Below are positions 63,224 to 64,000 of a stretch of DNA of 64,000 bases, one piece after another. The notes under the pieces are model-generated. The model did no database searches, was not told where the DNA came from, and worked only from the letters and a program-made list of their open reading frames with translations. The first letter of the stretch is position 1; every line of letters starts with the position of its first letter. The position numbers and the translations under genes were made by a program. Origin of the DNA: a virus; IMG/VR virus record IMGVR_UViG_3300005731_000127, positions 1 to 64,000 of that record, one strand, 5' to 3'.

Positions 63224-63385
63224 TTAAAATTTGTTAAGCCAATGTGATCTTTTTTTAGCCGTTTGTCTTTTTCTTTTTATAGCGTTTTCTAAACGAGATT
63301 TATCACGACAGTCTACAAAGTCAATACAAATCTTAGAAACAATATAAAGAAAAATGTACGAAACTATAATGAGGACAACAAGCAT
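63224..63385 (-). CDS. small membrane protein
   Basis: N-terminal TM; AGGA SD. Confidence 0.45.
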   Translation of the reverse strand: MLVVLIIVSYIFLYIVSKICIDFVDCRDKSRLENAIKRKRQTAKKRSHWLNKF

Positions 63386-63386
63386 A

Positions 63387-63941
63387 TTATTCCTTTTTCT
63401 CGTTAAATTCCTTGATAGTAACTGGAGGGCAATTATCTTCATACAGATTTGAAATAGTATCAACTACAATTGAATAGAATCCGTTAGATTTTTCAATCGT
63501 ATATTTTGATGCTGAGCCAATAATATCAAAAAACTTAAAAATATGATCTTTAGGAAACGACTTTATGACGACGAATCCAATTCCAGTACCAATAATTACT
63601 AACCCAACGACTTTAATGGCGAAGAATGCAGCGTTGATAACATCAGTAGCCTGTATTGCAAGAGAATATTGCGTAATATATTGCGACACATAAAAAACAA
63701 CACCAGCAAACCACCATACAACAAACAGACTGGCGACCCCTAAGACCACATAGAACGCATAGAGAAACAGATACATTAGAGACTGAGCGTAGCTGATTAG
63801 TCTGTAAATTCTGTTCTTTAGCTGTTCGTTAACTTCCTTTTTGACAATAACAACATCTTCAGTAAATTTTTCTTTTTCGGGCTTCGCTCTATAAGCCGAC
63901 TCAAGCTCACGCCAAAGCGAATAGTAATCAAAATCACTCAT
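63387..63941 (-). CDS. membrane protein
   Basis: Hydrophobic central segments. Confidence 0.55.
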   Translation of the reverse strand: MSDFDYYSLWRELESAYRAKPEKEKFTEDVVIVKKEVNEQLKNRIYRLISYAQSLMYLFLYAFYVVLGVASLFVVWWFAGVVFYVSQYITQYSLAIQATDVINAAFFAIKVVGLVIIGTGIGFVVIKSFPKDHIFKFFDIIGSASKYTIEKSNGFYSIVVDTISNLYEDNCPPVTIKEFNEKKE

Positions 63942-64000
63942 TAGTAGATTATCGTAATAACCTAAAAAACTAGCGCAACTACAATTACGACGAATGTCTT

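Noticed and set aside
1-64000. Genome-wide amber recoding (code 15) suggested by the CUA tRNA
   Set aside because: Long genes are intact in code 11, and TAG terminates genes such as recA with tight packing to the next gene.
1-64000. CRISPR array
   Set aside because: No regularly spaced direct repeats seen; recurring GGTTCGAATCC-like strings are tRNA T arms.

Overview
AT-rich, gene-dense segment of a large (jumbo-type) dsDNA bacteriophage genome in the standard genetic code. No capsid, terminase or tail genes are recognisable in this window. Layout: (1) 1-17.2 kb, minus strand: replication, recombination and nucleotide genes (PD-(D/E)xK nuclease, dNMP kinase, primase, DnaB, UvsY-like, RecA, PhoH, dUTPase, RTPR-type RNR, SSB) plus an envelope or lysis-like cassette. 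(2) 17.5-32.6 kb, plus strand: a 20-gene sugar-biosynthesis, glycosyltransferase and methyltransferase island. (3) 35.3-46.3 kb, minus strand: an RNA-gene district with about 35 tRNA or tRNA-like genes covering all 20 amino acids, a circularly permuted two-piece tmRNA and several unannotated structured RNAs. (4) 46-64 kb, minus strand: small accessory genes, ThyX, an amber-suppressor tRNA, a macrodomain and a NARP1-like NAD pair (Prs-like and NAMPT-like). The best candidate for an undescribed system is a DUF2828-type helical + vWA (Ro60/TROVE-like) protein at 37940-39589, flanked by four Y-RNA-like ncRNAs. These share a terminal stem and a CAGCAA motif and display anticodon-loop mimics; two also carry a circularly permuted, YrlA-like tRNA domain. 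Other highlights are two D-armless, apparently pseudoknotted tRNA-Arg genes and a Pth2-like gene with an in-frame amber codon just after its start. All calls were made by eye from motifs and base-pairing; no database searches were run.
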